The notes under the pieces were generated by a model, which saw nothing but the letters and a program-made list of their open reading frames with translations, searched no databases and was not told the origin of the DNA. The position numbers and the translations under genes are program-made. A DNA stretch of 64,000 bases from positions 146,065 through 210,064 of the forward strand of contig CACGSX010000001.1 in assembly GCA_902575835.1 (NCBI GenBank). Direction: 5' to 3'. How positions within the stretch are numbered: the stretch's first letter is position 1; every line of letters starts with the position of its first letter. Below, piece after piece: positions 48,646 through 57,974 of this stretch. The stretch is from an uncultured Pelagibacteraceae bacterium. GTDB lineage: Bacteria; Pseudomonadota; Alphaproteobacteria; Pelagibacterales; Pelagibacteraceae.

Positions 48646-49768
48646 ATTTCTTAAGATAATTTAATCGACCCACAATTTCATCTCTATCCATGTAATAACC
48701 TTGTAGGTGTCTGTGTCCAGAATTTGGATCAAATTCTGTTCTTCCGTGAAGTACTCTTCTATTATTAAATGTATATATATCTCCTGGTCTTAGCCTAAAT
48801 TTTATTTGAAATTTGTCATCGTGTAAAAGTTTTCCAAATTTATGATGAGATTTATAAACTTTATCCATTTGATCTGGATGACAATCTAAGGCGTCCATAG
48901 TTGCAGTACTAAATCTAACATCATTATAATCACCATCTTTTGTTAGACTTATTGCAGTGCCATAAAAGCTTCTATGAGCTTCTTGTGTATAATCTTTGTC
49001 TCTAAACTTTAAAGGAATTTTTGTTAGCGTATCAAAAGTATCTCTATCGTTATTCTTTAGATATTCTGCAACAGCGAATGCATCTACTGCTGATGAGTCA
49101 CCTCCTTTTGCTGAATTAACTAAACAATGCAAAAATTGATACCCAGGAGGATTTTCAAACCATGGTAAATCCATATGATTTTGAAGTGCATGAGCTGTAT
49201 AAGCTGAGTTATTTGGTTTTGGTATATTTATAACTTCAAAAGGTGTTTTAAAAAATGTCTCTCTTGTGTGGCTAATTCTATTTAAAACAGGAAATGCAGA
49301 ATTTTTTTCTACTGGAGCATTATAAACTATGGCTATTCCTTTATAATGGAGAAGTTCTAACCATTTAATTAATCCCTGTTCAGAAGATATTATTTCATTA
49401 TGATCTATATAAATACTATCAATATTTTTTTCTAAACTGGCATCCCACAATTGATAAGGTGATTTGTATTCCTCATTATTTTTCATTGTGTAGCAATTTT
49501 CTCTAAGCCAATTAATATCATAATGGCTTACATGATTTCCCTCACTCCACTCTATTTCTAATTTACCATCATTATTAAGATTATATTTTTTTGGGTTTAT
49601 ATTTTCTGATACTTCTAAAATATTAAACATTCGATGCCTAGAATCTTTATCGTGTGCTGATGGACAATTATCTCTCAGCCACATATAATTAAATTTACTT
49701 TCTTTACCGTCATCCCAAATTACTTGGAGATAAGTCCCATTTTTTGAGATTTTTGAAATTGAGTGCAT
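48644..49768 (-). CDS. Gamma-butyrobetaine dioxygenase-like Fe(II)/2-oxoglutarate oxygenase
   Basis: N-terminal WLRDNC Zn domain, AYT..L..HMD, QFLHCL, NNRRVLHGR, RHLQGYYMDRDE. Confidence 0.85.
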   Translation of the reverse strand: MHSISKISKNGTYLQVIWDDGKESKFNYMWLRDNCPSAHDKDSRHRMFNILEVSENINPKKYNLNNDGKLEIEWSEGNHVSHYDINWLRENCYTMKNNEEYKSPYQLWDASLEKNIDSIYIDHNEIISSEQGLIKWLELLHYKGIAIVYNAPVEKNSAFPVLNRISHTRETFFKTPFEVINIPKPNNSAYTAHALQNHMDLPWFENPPGYQFLHCLVNSAKGGDSSAVDAFAVAEYLKNNDRDTFDTLTKIPLKFRDKDYTQEAHRSFYGTAISLTKDGDYNDVRFSTATMDALDCHPDQMDKVYKSHHKFGKLLHDDKFQIKFRLRPGDIYTFNNRRVLHGRTEFDPNSGHRHLQGYYMDRDEIVGRLNYLKK

Positions 49769-49885
49769 AATTAATGATTATATAAAATAATTTGCATTTC
49801 AATTCAATTAATAGTTGACTTAATTTTTTTTGAGAGATTTATTAGCGTTAAGTTATTTGTTAAGATAACAACTAAGTTTGTTCGA

Positions 49886-50911
49886 ATGTCTAAAATTGAA
49901 ATAAATAATGTATTTAAAATATTTGGTCCAAAACCATCCAGTGTTTTGCAGATGGTTAAAGATGGTTCAAGTAAAGAAGAAATTTTAGAAAAAACAGGTC
50001 ATACAGTTGGGTTAGACAATGTAACTCTAAAAATTAATGAGGGTGAAACATTTGTTTGTATGGGTTTATCGGGTTCAGGTAAATCAACTCTCATAAGACA
50101 TTTAAATAGATTAATAGATCCAACTGATGGTGAAATCCTAATTGAAGGAACTAATGTAATGAGCCTTAAAAAAGAAGAGCTAATTGATTTTAGACGACAT
50201 AAAATGAGTATGGTTTTTCAAAGGTTTGGTTTGTTTCCTCACAAAACAGTATTGCAAAATGTTGGGTATGGACTTGAAATGCAAGGTGTAGAACTTGAAA
50301 AGAGAAACAATGTGTCTATGGAAAAAATTGAATCTGTTGGATTAACAGGTTTTGAAAATCAATTTCCAAATCAGTTATCTGGAGGTATGCAACAACGAGT
50401 TGGACTAGCAAGAGCATTAGCAACTGATACAGATATAATGTTAATGGATGAAGCTTTTTCAGCTTTAGATCCTTTAATTAGAAGTGATATGCAAAAACAG
50501 TTACTAGCTCTTCAATCGGAACTAAAAAAAACTATTGTGTTTATAACTCATGACTTAGATGAGTCATTAAAGCTTGGTGATCACATTGGAATTCTTAATG
50601 CTGGCAAACTAGTTCAAGTTGGAACGCCTGTGGATATTATTATGAATCCAGCTGATGATTATGTTGAAGCTTTTGTCAAAGATGTAAATAGAGCAAAAGT
50701 GATTAAAGCTAAAATCATAATGAAATCTATAAATGAAACTACTAACGAAGAAAAAAATAATCTTATTAAAATACATGAAGACCAATTTATTGAGGAGTTT
50801 TTGCCACAAGTTGTTTGTAATAATGCCAATTGCGAGGTGGTTGATAAACAAGGAAATGTTAAAGGATATATCACTAATAAAGAGCTACAATACTCTTTGA
50901 GTAAATCTTAA
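49886..50911 (+). CDS. proV: Glycine betaine/proline-type ABC ATPase (ProV/OpuAA), copy 2
   Basis: MGLSGSGKST, LSGGMQQRVGLAR, DEAFSALDPLIR. Confidence 0.88.
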   Translation: MSKIEINNVFKIFGPKPSSVLQMVKDGSSKEEILEKTGHTVGLDNVTLKINEGETFVCMGLSGSGKSTLIRHLNRLIDPTDGEILIEGTNVMSLKKEELIDFRRHKMSMVFQRFGLFPHKTVLQNVGYGLEMQGVELEKRNNVSMEKIESVGLTGFENQFPNQLSGGMQQRVGLARALATDTDIMLMDEAFSALDPLIRSDMQKQLLALQSELKKTIVFITHDLDESLKLGDHIGILNAGKLVQVGTPVDIIMNPADDYVEAFVKDVNRAKVIKAKIIMKSINETTNEEKNNLIKIHEDQFIEEFLPQVVCNNANCEVVDKQGNVKGYITNKELQYSLSKS

Positions 50912-50914
50912 ATT

Positions 50915-51700
50915 ATGAGTATAGATTTAAAAAACAAAAGAATAGTTATTTCCGCTGGAGGTTCAGGGATAGGCTGGAGTTCAGCAAAAATATTTTTAGA
51001 GAAAGGTGCAACAGTATATCTTTGTGATATCAATGACACTTTTCTTAATAAATGCAAAAAGCATAAACTAAATAATAAAAAATTATTTGTTTTTCAATGT
51101 GATGCTTCAGACGAGAACCAAGTAAAGAATTTTTTTACCAAAGTATATAAAAAAACAAAAAAAATTGATGCTCTTATAAATAACGTTGGAATTGCTGGGC
51201 CAACTGGGACACTTGAAAAATTAAAAAGTAAGGATTGGGAAAATACATTAAAGGTAAATGTTATAAGCCATTTTTATTTTTCAAAGTATTCAATTCCAAT
51301 GCTTAAAAAAAATAAAGGTGGAGCTATAATAAATTTATCATCAACAGCAGGTATATTTGGATTTCCGTTAAGATCTCCTTACTGTGCAAGTAAGTGGGCG
51401 GTGGTTGGTATAACCAAAACATTAGCAATGGAACTAGGAAAATTTAAAATTAGAGTAAATGCTATTTGTCCAGGAACAATTAAGGGAGATAGAATGGGAA
51501 GAGTGATAAGAGATAAATCTAAATTTTTAAATGTTTCAAAAAAATTAATAGAAAAAGAGTTTGTTTCAATGACATCAATGAATACATGGGTATACGAAGA
51601 AGACATCGGAAAAATTTGTAGTTTTTTAATTTCTAATGATGCTCCAAGAATATCTGGTCAAGTAATTGCCGTAGATGGCAATACCTTAAGAATGCACTAA
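50915..51700 (+). CDS. SDR family oxidoreductase
   Basis: SAGGSGIG, NNVGIAGPT, YCASK, VNAICPG. Confidence 0.9.
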   Translation: MSIDLKNKRIVISAGGSGIGWSSAKIFLEKGATVYLCDINDTFLNKCKKHKLNNKKLFVFQCDASDENQVKNFFTKVYKKTKKIDALINNVGIAGPTGTLEKLKSKDWENTLKVNVISHFYFSKYSIPMLKKNKGGAIINLSSTAGIFGFPLRSPYCASKWAVVGITKTLAMELGKFKIRVNAICPGTIKGDRMGRVIRDKSKFLNVSKKLIEKEFVSMTSMNTWVYEEDIGKICSFLISNDAPRISGQVIAVDGNTLRMH

Positions 51701-51703
51701 CAA

Positions 51704-52117
51704 TTAAACTTTTATATTTTTTTCACTTATTTCCATAAATGGAAAATGAGACTCTTTAAAATGTATATTTTCTGCTTTTTTTAAAAAACTGATATCATCC
51801 AGTAAACCTGCATATAAATAGTATTTCTTGTATTTTTCCACATAAGTTAAAATTGGTGCTGCGCACTTTTCACAAAAATGTTTTTTTATTTTATTACCGC
51901 TACCTCCTTCGTGTTCATAAATTTTCAATTTTGATTTATCTATATCTATTGCTCCATCTCTAAGCAGTATTATTGTCATCATTCCCCCTATTTTTTTTCT
52001 ACAATCAATGCAATGACAATTAAAAACTAAAGGAACTTCATCAAGCTTAACCTTAAAAGTTATATCTCCACAGATGCATCCGCCAGTTTTATTTATAAAA
52101 ATTTTTTCTTTCATCAA
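51704..52117 (-). CDS. GFA/CENP-V family Zn protein
   Basis: GGCICG, CHCIDCRK, FCEKC. Confidence 0.85.
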   Translation of the reverse strand: MMKEKIFINKTGGCICGDITFKVKLDEVPLVFNCHCIDCRKKIGGMMTIILLRDGAIDIDKSKLKIYEHEGGSGNKIKKHFCEKCAAPILTYVEKYKKYYLYAGLLDDISFLKKAENIHFKESHFPFMEISEKNIKV

Positions 52118-53055
52118 TTTCTAATTTTATTCTCGTATTTTTTTCTAATTTTTAAGACATCAACTAAATATTGATCCCTAATATTTGAAAGCATATTAAT
52201 TGATTTACCCTTAGCTTGTTTTTTTGTGCCTGATATAAGTTTACTAGATAATTTATTTGTTAATTTTGGAGCTTTTAATTTTGTCCAAGGTAATTTTAAG
52301 GCTGGACCAAATTGCTTTAACATATGTTTCATTCCTTCATTACCTCCTGCAAGATGAAAGGTTAAAAAAGTACCCATTATTGAGTATCTAAGACCTGGTC
52401 CATCTTCTATTGCACGATCTAATTCCTGAGTTGTTGCATAATTTTCGTTAATTATATGCAAACCTTCTCTCCACAGTGCTTCTTGAAGTCTATCTGATAA
52501 ATAACCCGGTAGTTCTTTTTTTAGCATAATTGGTTTCATTGAGATTGATTTGTAATATTTGTTTGCGTCTAAAAGAAATTTTTTTGTGGTTTTTTTTCCA
52601 GGAACTATTTCAACTGCTGGCAACAAATATGCTGGATTAAATGGATGCCCAATTATGCCTCTTTGTGGATTTTTACTCTTAGAAAAAATTTTAGAAGGTA
52701 AAAGTCCTGAGGAACTTGAGGAAATAATTATATCTGATTTTACATATTTTGAGATTTTGTGTATCAAATCGGTTTTAACTTTATAATTTTCTAATACACT
52801 TTCTTGAACAAAATCGACATTTACAAGAGCTTTTTCAAGTGAATTAAAAAATTTTAAATTTTTAATTAAAATCTTTTTTCCAAAAAGTTTTTTTATATTT
52901 TTTGAAGTTCTTTTTATCTCTTTTAAAACATACCTTTTAAGATTTTTATTTTGATCATATGCATGCACGATTTTATTGTGTGCTAAATTTCTTATTATCC
53001 ATCCAGTCCCTATGACACCAGTTCCAACAATTCCCACAGTTTTAATTTTTGACAT
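52114..53055 (-). CDS. cdhA: L-carnitine 3-dehydrogenase (3-hydroxyacyl-CoA dehydrogenase family)
   Basis: GTGVIGTGW, SSSSG, GHPFNP, DRLQEALWRE, GPGLR, HMLKQFGPALKLPWTKL; adjacent to BKACE. Confidence 0.85.
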   Translation of the reverse strand: MSKIKTVGIVGTGVIGTGWIIRNLAHNKIVHAYDQNKNLKRYVLKEIKRTSKNIKKLFGKKILIKNLKFFNSLEKALVNVDFVQESVLENYKVKTDLIHKISKYVKSDIIISSSSSGLLPSKIFSKSKNPQRGIIGHPFNPAYLLPAVEIVPGKKTTKKFLLDANKYYKSISMKPIMLKKELPGYLSDRLQEALWREGLHIINENYATTQELDRAIEDGPGLRYSIMGTFLTFHLAGGNEGMKHMLKQFGPALKLPWTKLKAPKLTNKLSSKLISGTKKQAKGKSINMLSNIRDQYLVDVLKIRKKYENKIRN

Positions 53056-53942
53056 TACTTGTGTTTTACAAGTTTTAATTTTTCTCTTGTTTCTGAAGGT
53101 GACATAATCTCTACACCAAGATCTGTAACTATTCTTATTGCTTTCTCAACTAATTGAGGATTTGTTGCTAATTTACCTTTAGATAAATATAAATTATCCT
53201 CTAATCCAACTCTTGGGTTACCTCCCATTACTACAGTTTGTGCAACATATGGCATTTCATTTTTAGATATTGCAAAACCTGACCATATACCTTCTTTGGG
53301 CATTATATCTTTCATTGCTTGCATAGCTAAAGGTGTTGCGGGCGCTCCCCACGGAATTCCTAAACACATTTGAAAAAGAGGTGGATCACTTAACAATCCT
53401 TCTTTAAATAATTGAGCTCCAAACCACATATTTCCCAAATCAAAAGCTTCTATTTCAGGTTTAACTTTTATTTCCTTAAGCTTTTTTGCAGCTTTTCTTA
53501 AATCGTTAGGTGTATTAACTGTAATAACAGAACTGTCTCCAAAATTTAATGTACCACAATCAAGTGTACATATTTCTGGAAGAAATTGTTCAGCATTGGC
53601 TATTCTCTCCATTACATTTGCCATGTCTGTCATCGGACCAAATTCTAAAGGGTTCTTGCCTTGGCCTATATCTAAATCACCACCCATTCCTGTTGTAAGA
53701 TTAAGAATTACATCAGTTTCAGATGATCTTATTCTATCAACTACTTCTTTATAAAGCTCGAGTCTTCTACTTGGAGTTCCATCCTCTTCTCTAACATGAA
53801 TATGAGCAATGGCAGCACCAGCTTTCGCAGACTCTATTGCTGCTTTTGCAATTTGCTCTGGAGTTTTGGGCAAATCAGGATGTTTGCTTGCTGTATCACC
53901 AGATCCTGTAACTGCGCATGAGATGAAGACTTTATTGTTCAT
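53055..53942 (-). CDS. cdhC: Beta-keto acid cleavage enzyme (BKACE/Kce), 3-dehydrocarnitine cleavage type
   Basis: ISCAVTG, AHIHVR, NLTTG, LDCGTLNF, KPEIEAFD, RVGLEDN. Confidence 0.85.
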   Translation of the reverse strand: MNNKVFISCAVTGSGDTASKHPDLPKTPEQIAKAAIESAKAGAAIAHIHVREEDGTPSRRLELYKEVVDRIRSSETDVILNLTTGMGGDLDIGQGKNPLEFGPMTDMANVMERIANAEQFLPEICTLDCGTLNFGDSSVITVNTPNDLRKAAKKLKEIKVKPEIEAFDLGNMWFGAQLFKEGLLSDPPLFQMCLGIPWGAPATPLAMQAMKDIMPKEGIWSGFAISKNEMPYVAQTVVMGGNPRVGLEDNLYLSKGKLATNPQLVEKAIRIVTDLGVEIMSPSETREKLKLVKHK

Positions 53943-54000
53943 TTTTATTTATAGAAAAATATAATATCATATCATTAATAATTATAGGAAATAAAATTAA

Positions 54001-54861
54001 ATGGACTTAAATAAACTAAGAGTAAGACGTAGTTTTATATTTACCCCAGGTCTTCAACCAGAAATGTTTCCAAAAGCCTTGGCTTCAGGTGCTGATATGG
54101 TTTGTATTGAATTAGAAGATGGAATAGCCATGAAAGATAAAGATGAAGCAAGAAAAAATACTATTGATGCATTAAAGTCACTAGAAGTAAAAAATGATGT
54201 TGAATTAGTTGTTAGATTAAATTGCCAAAGAACCAAGCATGGACTTCTAGACTTAGAAGCTATTGCTTCAAATAAACTAAAAGTTAAAGCTATCATGTTA
54301 CCTAAAGTTAAAACGCCTGACGAAATTTCATTTATTGATGACATGCTTACTGATTGTGGTTTAGATACTGATCTTCATGTTATAATGGAAACTAATCAAG
54401 CTCTTGAAAGTATTTATGATATTGCACATTCTAGCGATAGAATAGTTGCTCTTTATTTCGGTGGAGAAGATATGGCAGCAGAATTGAGAGTGGAAAACAA
54501 ATTAGAGAATTTAGTTTATGCAAGATCAAGATTAGTTCATGCTGGTGCAAGTAAAGGAGTTGATGTTATTGATGTTCCGTATTTAAATCTTGAAAATATG
54601 GAAGGGATGAAAAAAGAAGCACAGTTTGTTAAAAACTTAGGTTTTACTGGAAAAGGATCTATTCATCCAAAACAAATAAGTATTTTAAATGAAATTTTTA
54701 CTCCATCAGAAGAAGAAATAAGTAAAGCTAAAAGAATTATGGATCAATTTAAAAAAGCTAATACAGGTTTGGTTGTGATTGATGGCAAATTAATAGAAAG
54801 ACCAGTTTTACGAGAAATGCAAAGAAAATTGTTAGTAGCAAATAAAATAAATAAAAGCTGA
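54001..54861 (+). CDS. CitE/malyl-CoA lyase-like CoA-ester lyase (HpcH/HpaI family)
   Basis: RSFIFTPG, ELEDG, VRLN, LPKV, IMET, GGEDM, GFTGKGSIHPKQI. Confidence 0.85.
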   Translation: MDLNKLRVRRSFIFTPGLQPEMFPKALASGADMVCIELEDGIAMKDKDEARKNTIDALKSLEVKNDVELVVRLNCQRTKHGLLDLEAIASNKLKVKAIMLPKVKTPDEISFIDDMLTDCGLDTDLHVIMETNQALESIYDIAHSSDRIVALYFGGEDMAAELRVENKLENLVYARSRLVHAGASKGVDVIDVPYLNLENMEGMKKEAQFVKNLGFTGKGSIHPKQISILNEIFTPSEEEISKAKRIMDQFKKANTGLVVIDGKLIERPVLREMQRKLLVANKINKS

Positions 54862-54865
54862 TAAA

Positions 54866-55333
54866 ATGTCATTTCATTTGGCTTCGAGAAAAATAATTAA
54901 AGATTGGACAGATTATAATGAGCATATGAACATGGCTTATTATGTTTTAATTTTTGATGAAGCTTGGGAGACGATGCTTAATAAATTTGAAATGGGTGGA
55001 GCTAAAGCACAAATTAATAAAAGAAGCACTATGGTGGTTGAAACAAGAACAACTTATAACAACGAAGTTAAAGAGAATGAAGAAGTAGATGTTTATTGCA
55101 CTTTTTTTGATCATGATAAAAAAAGATTACATTTAAAATGTGAAATGATTGAAAAAAGAACAAAAAAACTTGCTGCAACAACAGAAAGTCTCTCTCTTTA
55201 TATTGATCTAGATAAACGAAAAGTTACAGAATTTGAAGAAGACAAAATAAAAATTATGGATGATTTTATTAATGATAATAAAAATAATTTTAAAACTGAT
55301 AATCTTGTACTTACAGGTAAATTAAAAAAATAA
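54866..55333 (+). CDS. cdhB: Hotdog thioesterase, betainyl-CoA thioesterase-like
   Basis: WTDYNEHMNMAYY motif; located in the carnitine cluster. Confidence 0.72.
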   Translation: MSFHLASRKIIKDWTDYNEHMNMAYYVLIFDEAWETMLNKFEMGGAKAQINKRSTMVVETRTTYNNEVKENEEVDVYCTFFDHDKKRLHLKCEMIEKRTKKLAATTESLSLYIDLDKRKVTEFEEDKIKIMDDFINDNKNNFKTDNLVLTGKLKK

Positions 55334-55870
55334 ATGCAAATTGTAGAAGAAATTATTTATAATTTTGAAAATAATAAATCTTTATATATAGGTGAAAATA
55401 TAACGATAGCAGATCACATGATTCAATCTGCAATGCTTGCAGAAAAGGCTAAATGTGACGATGATCTAATATGTTCTTGCTTACTTCATGATTATGGACA
55501 TTTTGTTATCGATGATCCAGATAAATTAGTAGAAAATAATAAAGATGGTGAACATGAGGTAATTGGATACAAATTTCTAAAAAAATACTTTAGCAATAAG
55601 GTTGTGAACCCAATTAAATATCATGTTTTAGCCAAGCGATACTTATCAAGAGACAAAAGGTATTATAACAAATTGTCTAAAGCATCGAAGATTAGTCTAA
55701 AACTTCAAGGGGGAGTTTTAAATTATAAAGAGTGTGAAGATTTTGAAAACAAAGATTATTTCAAAAGTTCCATACTTCTCAGAAAATTTGATGAAGCATC
55801 AAAAAAAGTTGGTATTAAAATGAAAAATATTAATCAATACAAAGAATTATTAAAATTAAAATTAAAATGA
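55334..55870 (+). CDS. HD-domain diiron oxygenase, TmpB/PhnZ family
   Basis: YIGE..I.DHMIQ, LLHDYGH, HE..G, HVLAKRYL, LSKAS..SL.LQGG, R.FDEASK. Confidence 0.82.
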   Translation: MQIVEEIIYNFENNKSLYIGENITIADHMIQSAMLAEKAKCDDDLICSCLLHDYGHFVIDDPDKLVENNKDGEHEVIGYKFLKKYFSNKVVNPIKYHVLAKRYLSRDKRYYNKLSKASKISLKLQGGVLNYKECEDFENKDYFKSSILLRKFDEASKKVGIKMKNINQYKELLKLKLK

Positions 55871-57447
55871 ATTTTGATTATATAATAATCGGTGCTGGCA
55901 CAGCAGGTTGTGTTCTTGCAAATAGACTAAGCGAAAATGGTAAATTTAAAGTTGCTTTATTTGAAGCGGGTGGATCTAGTGATATTTGGAAGGTTAATAT
56001 GCCTCTGGCAATTTTGTATGCAATGCATGATCCAAAATATAATTATAAATATTATTCGGAACCAGAACCTAATTTAAATAATAGGAGATTATTTTGCCCA
56101 AGAGGAAAAATGATAGGTGGATGTTCTGCACATAATGGGATGGTTTACGTTCGAGGAAACAAAAATGATTATGAAAGATGGGCTTCATTTGGTCTAAAAT
56201 CATGGTCTTATGAAAATGTTTTACCATTTTTTAAAAAAATTGAGACATGGTCTGAAGGAGAGAATAAATTCAGAGGTGGGAAAGGAATTTTACCAGTAAA
56301 TCAATCCAAAAACAAAAATCCATTGTTTAGTGCTTTTATTAATGCTTCTGTCGAAGCAGGGTACAAAAAAAATGATGACATGAACGGAGAAGATCAAGAG
56401 GGATTTGGAATGTATGACATTACAATTCATAAAGGACAAAGAGCTAGCGCCTCTAAATATTATCTAGAACCAGCAAAAAAAAGAAAAAATTTAAAAGTCT
56501 TTACAAATTCGTTTGCAGAAAGAATTATTTTTGAAGGAAAGAAAGCAGTCGGAATAGAAGTAAATATAAAAAATAAAGTCACAAAAGTTTATGCAAATAA
56601 AGAAGTTGTGCTGAGTGGAGGTTCAATCAATTCACCACAACTATTAATGTTATCAGGTGTTGGACCTGAAAAAGATTTAAAAGATAAAGGGATTAATGTT
56701 ATCCACTCTTTAGAAGGAGTGGGTCAAAATTTACAAGATCACTTAGAAACCTACATTCAGCAAGAATGCAAAACTAAAGATACACTCTATTCTTATGTTA
56801 ACAAAATAAATATGCTTAAAATTGGTCTTCAATGGTTTCTTTCAAAAAGTGGCCCATGTTCTACTTCATTTTTAGAATCAGGTGGTTTTTGCAAATCTTC
56901 AGAAGACAAAAGCTATCCGAATATTCAATTTCATTTTTTTCCAGCATTTGTAATCGATCATGGATTAGTTGACCCTGACAGACATGGTTATCAATTACAT
57001 GCAAGTTTGAATCAACCTAAAAGTAGAGGACACATTAAATTAAATAGTTCAAATCCATACGATTACCCAAAAATTCAATTTAATTATTTAGAAGATGAAT
57101 ATGATTTAAAAGAAACAATTAAATGTGTTCGTGTAGCTAGAAAGATTTTAGGTCAAGACTCAATGAAGCCTTATGCTGGAAAAGAGATTGGTCCAGGTGA
57201 AAGTGCAACTGATGATGAACAAATTACAGAGTATATTAGATCAAAAGCCGAGACAGCTTATCATCCATCCTGCACATTAAAAATGGGTGTGGACAAAATG
57301 GCAGTAGTTGACGAAAAATTGAAAGTTCACGGTTTAGAAAATTTAAGAGTTGCAGATGCCTCTGTTATGCCAGAGATTACAAGTGGTAATTTAAATGCAC
57401 CTACTTTAATGATAGGTGAAAGAGCATCTGATTTTATCCTTAATTAG
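55867..57447 (+). CDS. betA: Choline dehydrogenase (GMC oxidoreductase)
   Basis: GAGTAG, SEPEPNLNNRR..PRGK, NGMVYVRG, GQNLQDHLE, IQFHF.P, AYHPSCT, GNLNAPT. Confidence 0.85.
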   Translation: MNFDYIIIGAGTAGCVLANRLSENGKFKVALFEAGGSSDIWKVNMPLAILYAMHDPKYNYKYYSEPEPNLNNRRLFCPRGKMIGGCSAHNGMVYVRGNKNDYERWASFGLKSWSYENVLPFFKKIETWSEGENKFRGGKGILPVNQSKNKNPLFSAFINASVEAGYKKNDDMNGEDQEGFGMYDITIHKGQRASASKYYLEPAKKRKNLKVFTNSFAERIIFEGKKAVGIEVNIKNKVTKVYANKEVVLSGGSINSPQLLMLSGVGPEKDLKDKGINVIHSLEGVGQNLQDHLETYIQQECKTKDTLYSYVNKINMLKIGLQWFLSKSGPCSTSFLESGGFCKSSEDKSYPNIQFHFFPAFVIDHGLVDPDRHGYQLHASLNQPKSRGHIKLNSSNPYDYPKIQFNYLEDEYDLKETIKCVRVARKILGQDSMKPYAGKEIGPGESATDDEQITEYIRSKAETAYHPSCTLKMGVDKMAVVDEKLKVHGLENLRVADASVMPEITSGNLNAPTLMIGERASDFILN

Positions 57448-57916
57448 TCTTGAGATATTCTTTATATCTATCTAAACTTTCTTTAGGCCAAGCAATTTTT
57501 GGATCATACATTTCATCATAGCAAATATTTTTGTCTGCAATATTAATCCATGGATCCTTATCTTTTACAAATATATGTGCTTGAGGTGGAAAGTCTTTCG
57601 GTTTCAAAAGAGTCTTTGTTCTAACTGTTAATCTTCTAATTGCAAATTCATAATCGGCATAAATATAAACCCCACATTTTTTACAAAAGTAATGGGTACA
57701 TTTTTTTCCACTCCCTGCAATCAATTCAGCTTTTAAAAGTTCACCACTAATTTTTAGAGAATCTTCAAAAATACTAGTATTCATTACATAAGATGATCCA
57801 GTTAATTTTTTGCAATCTAAACAATGGCAGACCTGAGTAAAAAGAGGTTTGCTATTTATTGAATACTCTACACTCCCACAAATACATCCACCATAAATTG
57901 GTTCAAAATCACTCAT
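57440..57916 (-). CDS. GFA/CENP-V family Zn protein (second)
   Basis: GGCICG, CHCLDCKK, FCKKCG, HIFV..K.PW. Confidence 0.85.
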   Translation of the reverse strand: MSDFEPIYGGCICGSVEYSINSKPLFTQVCHCLDCKKLTGSSYVMNTSIFEDSLKISGELLKAELIAGSGKKCTHYFCKKCGVYIYADYEFAIRRLTVRTKTLLKPKDFPPQAHIFVKDKDPWINIADKNICYDEMYDPKIAWPKESLDRYKEYLKTN

Positions 57917-57974
57917 TTCTTTAAGAGTATCTTATTAATTATGAAGGTTAAAGTTTTTTTGATATAGGTGCGAT

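Noticed and set aside
48644-49768. Calling the dioxygenase TmpA (phosphonate hydroxylase) because a TmpB-like gene is nearby
   Set aside because: Its motifs resemble Pseudomonas-type BBOX, it lacks the RFNNRS segment I recall for TmpA, and carnitine genes are adjacent. Left open in the findings.
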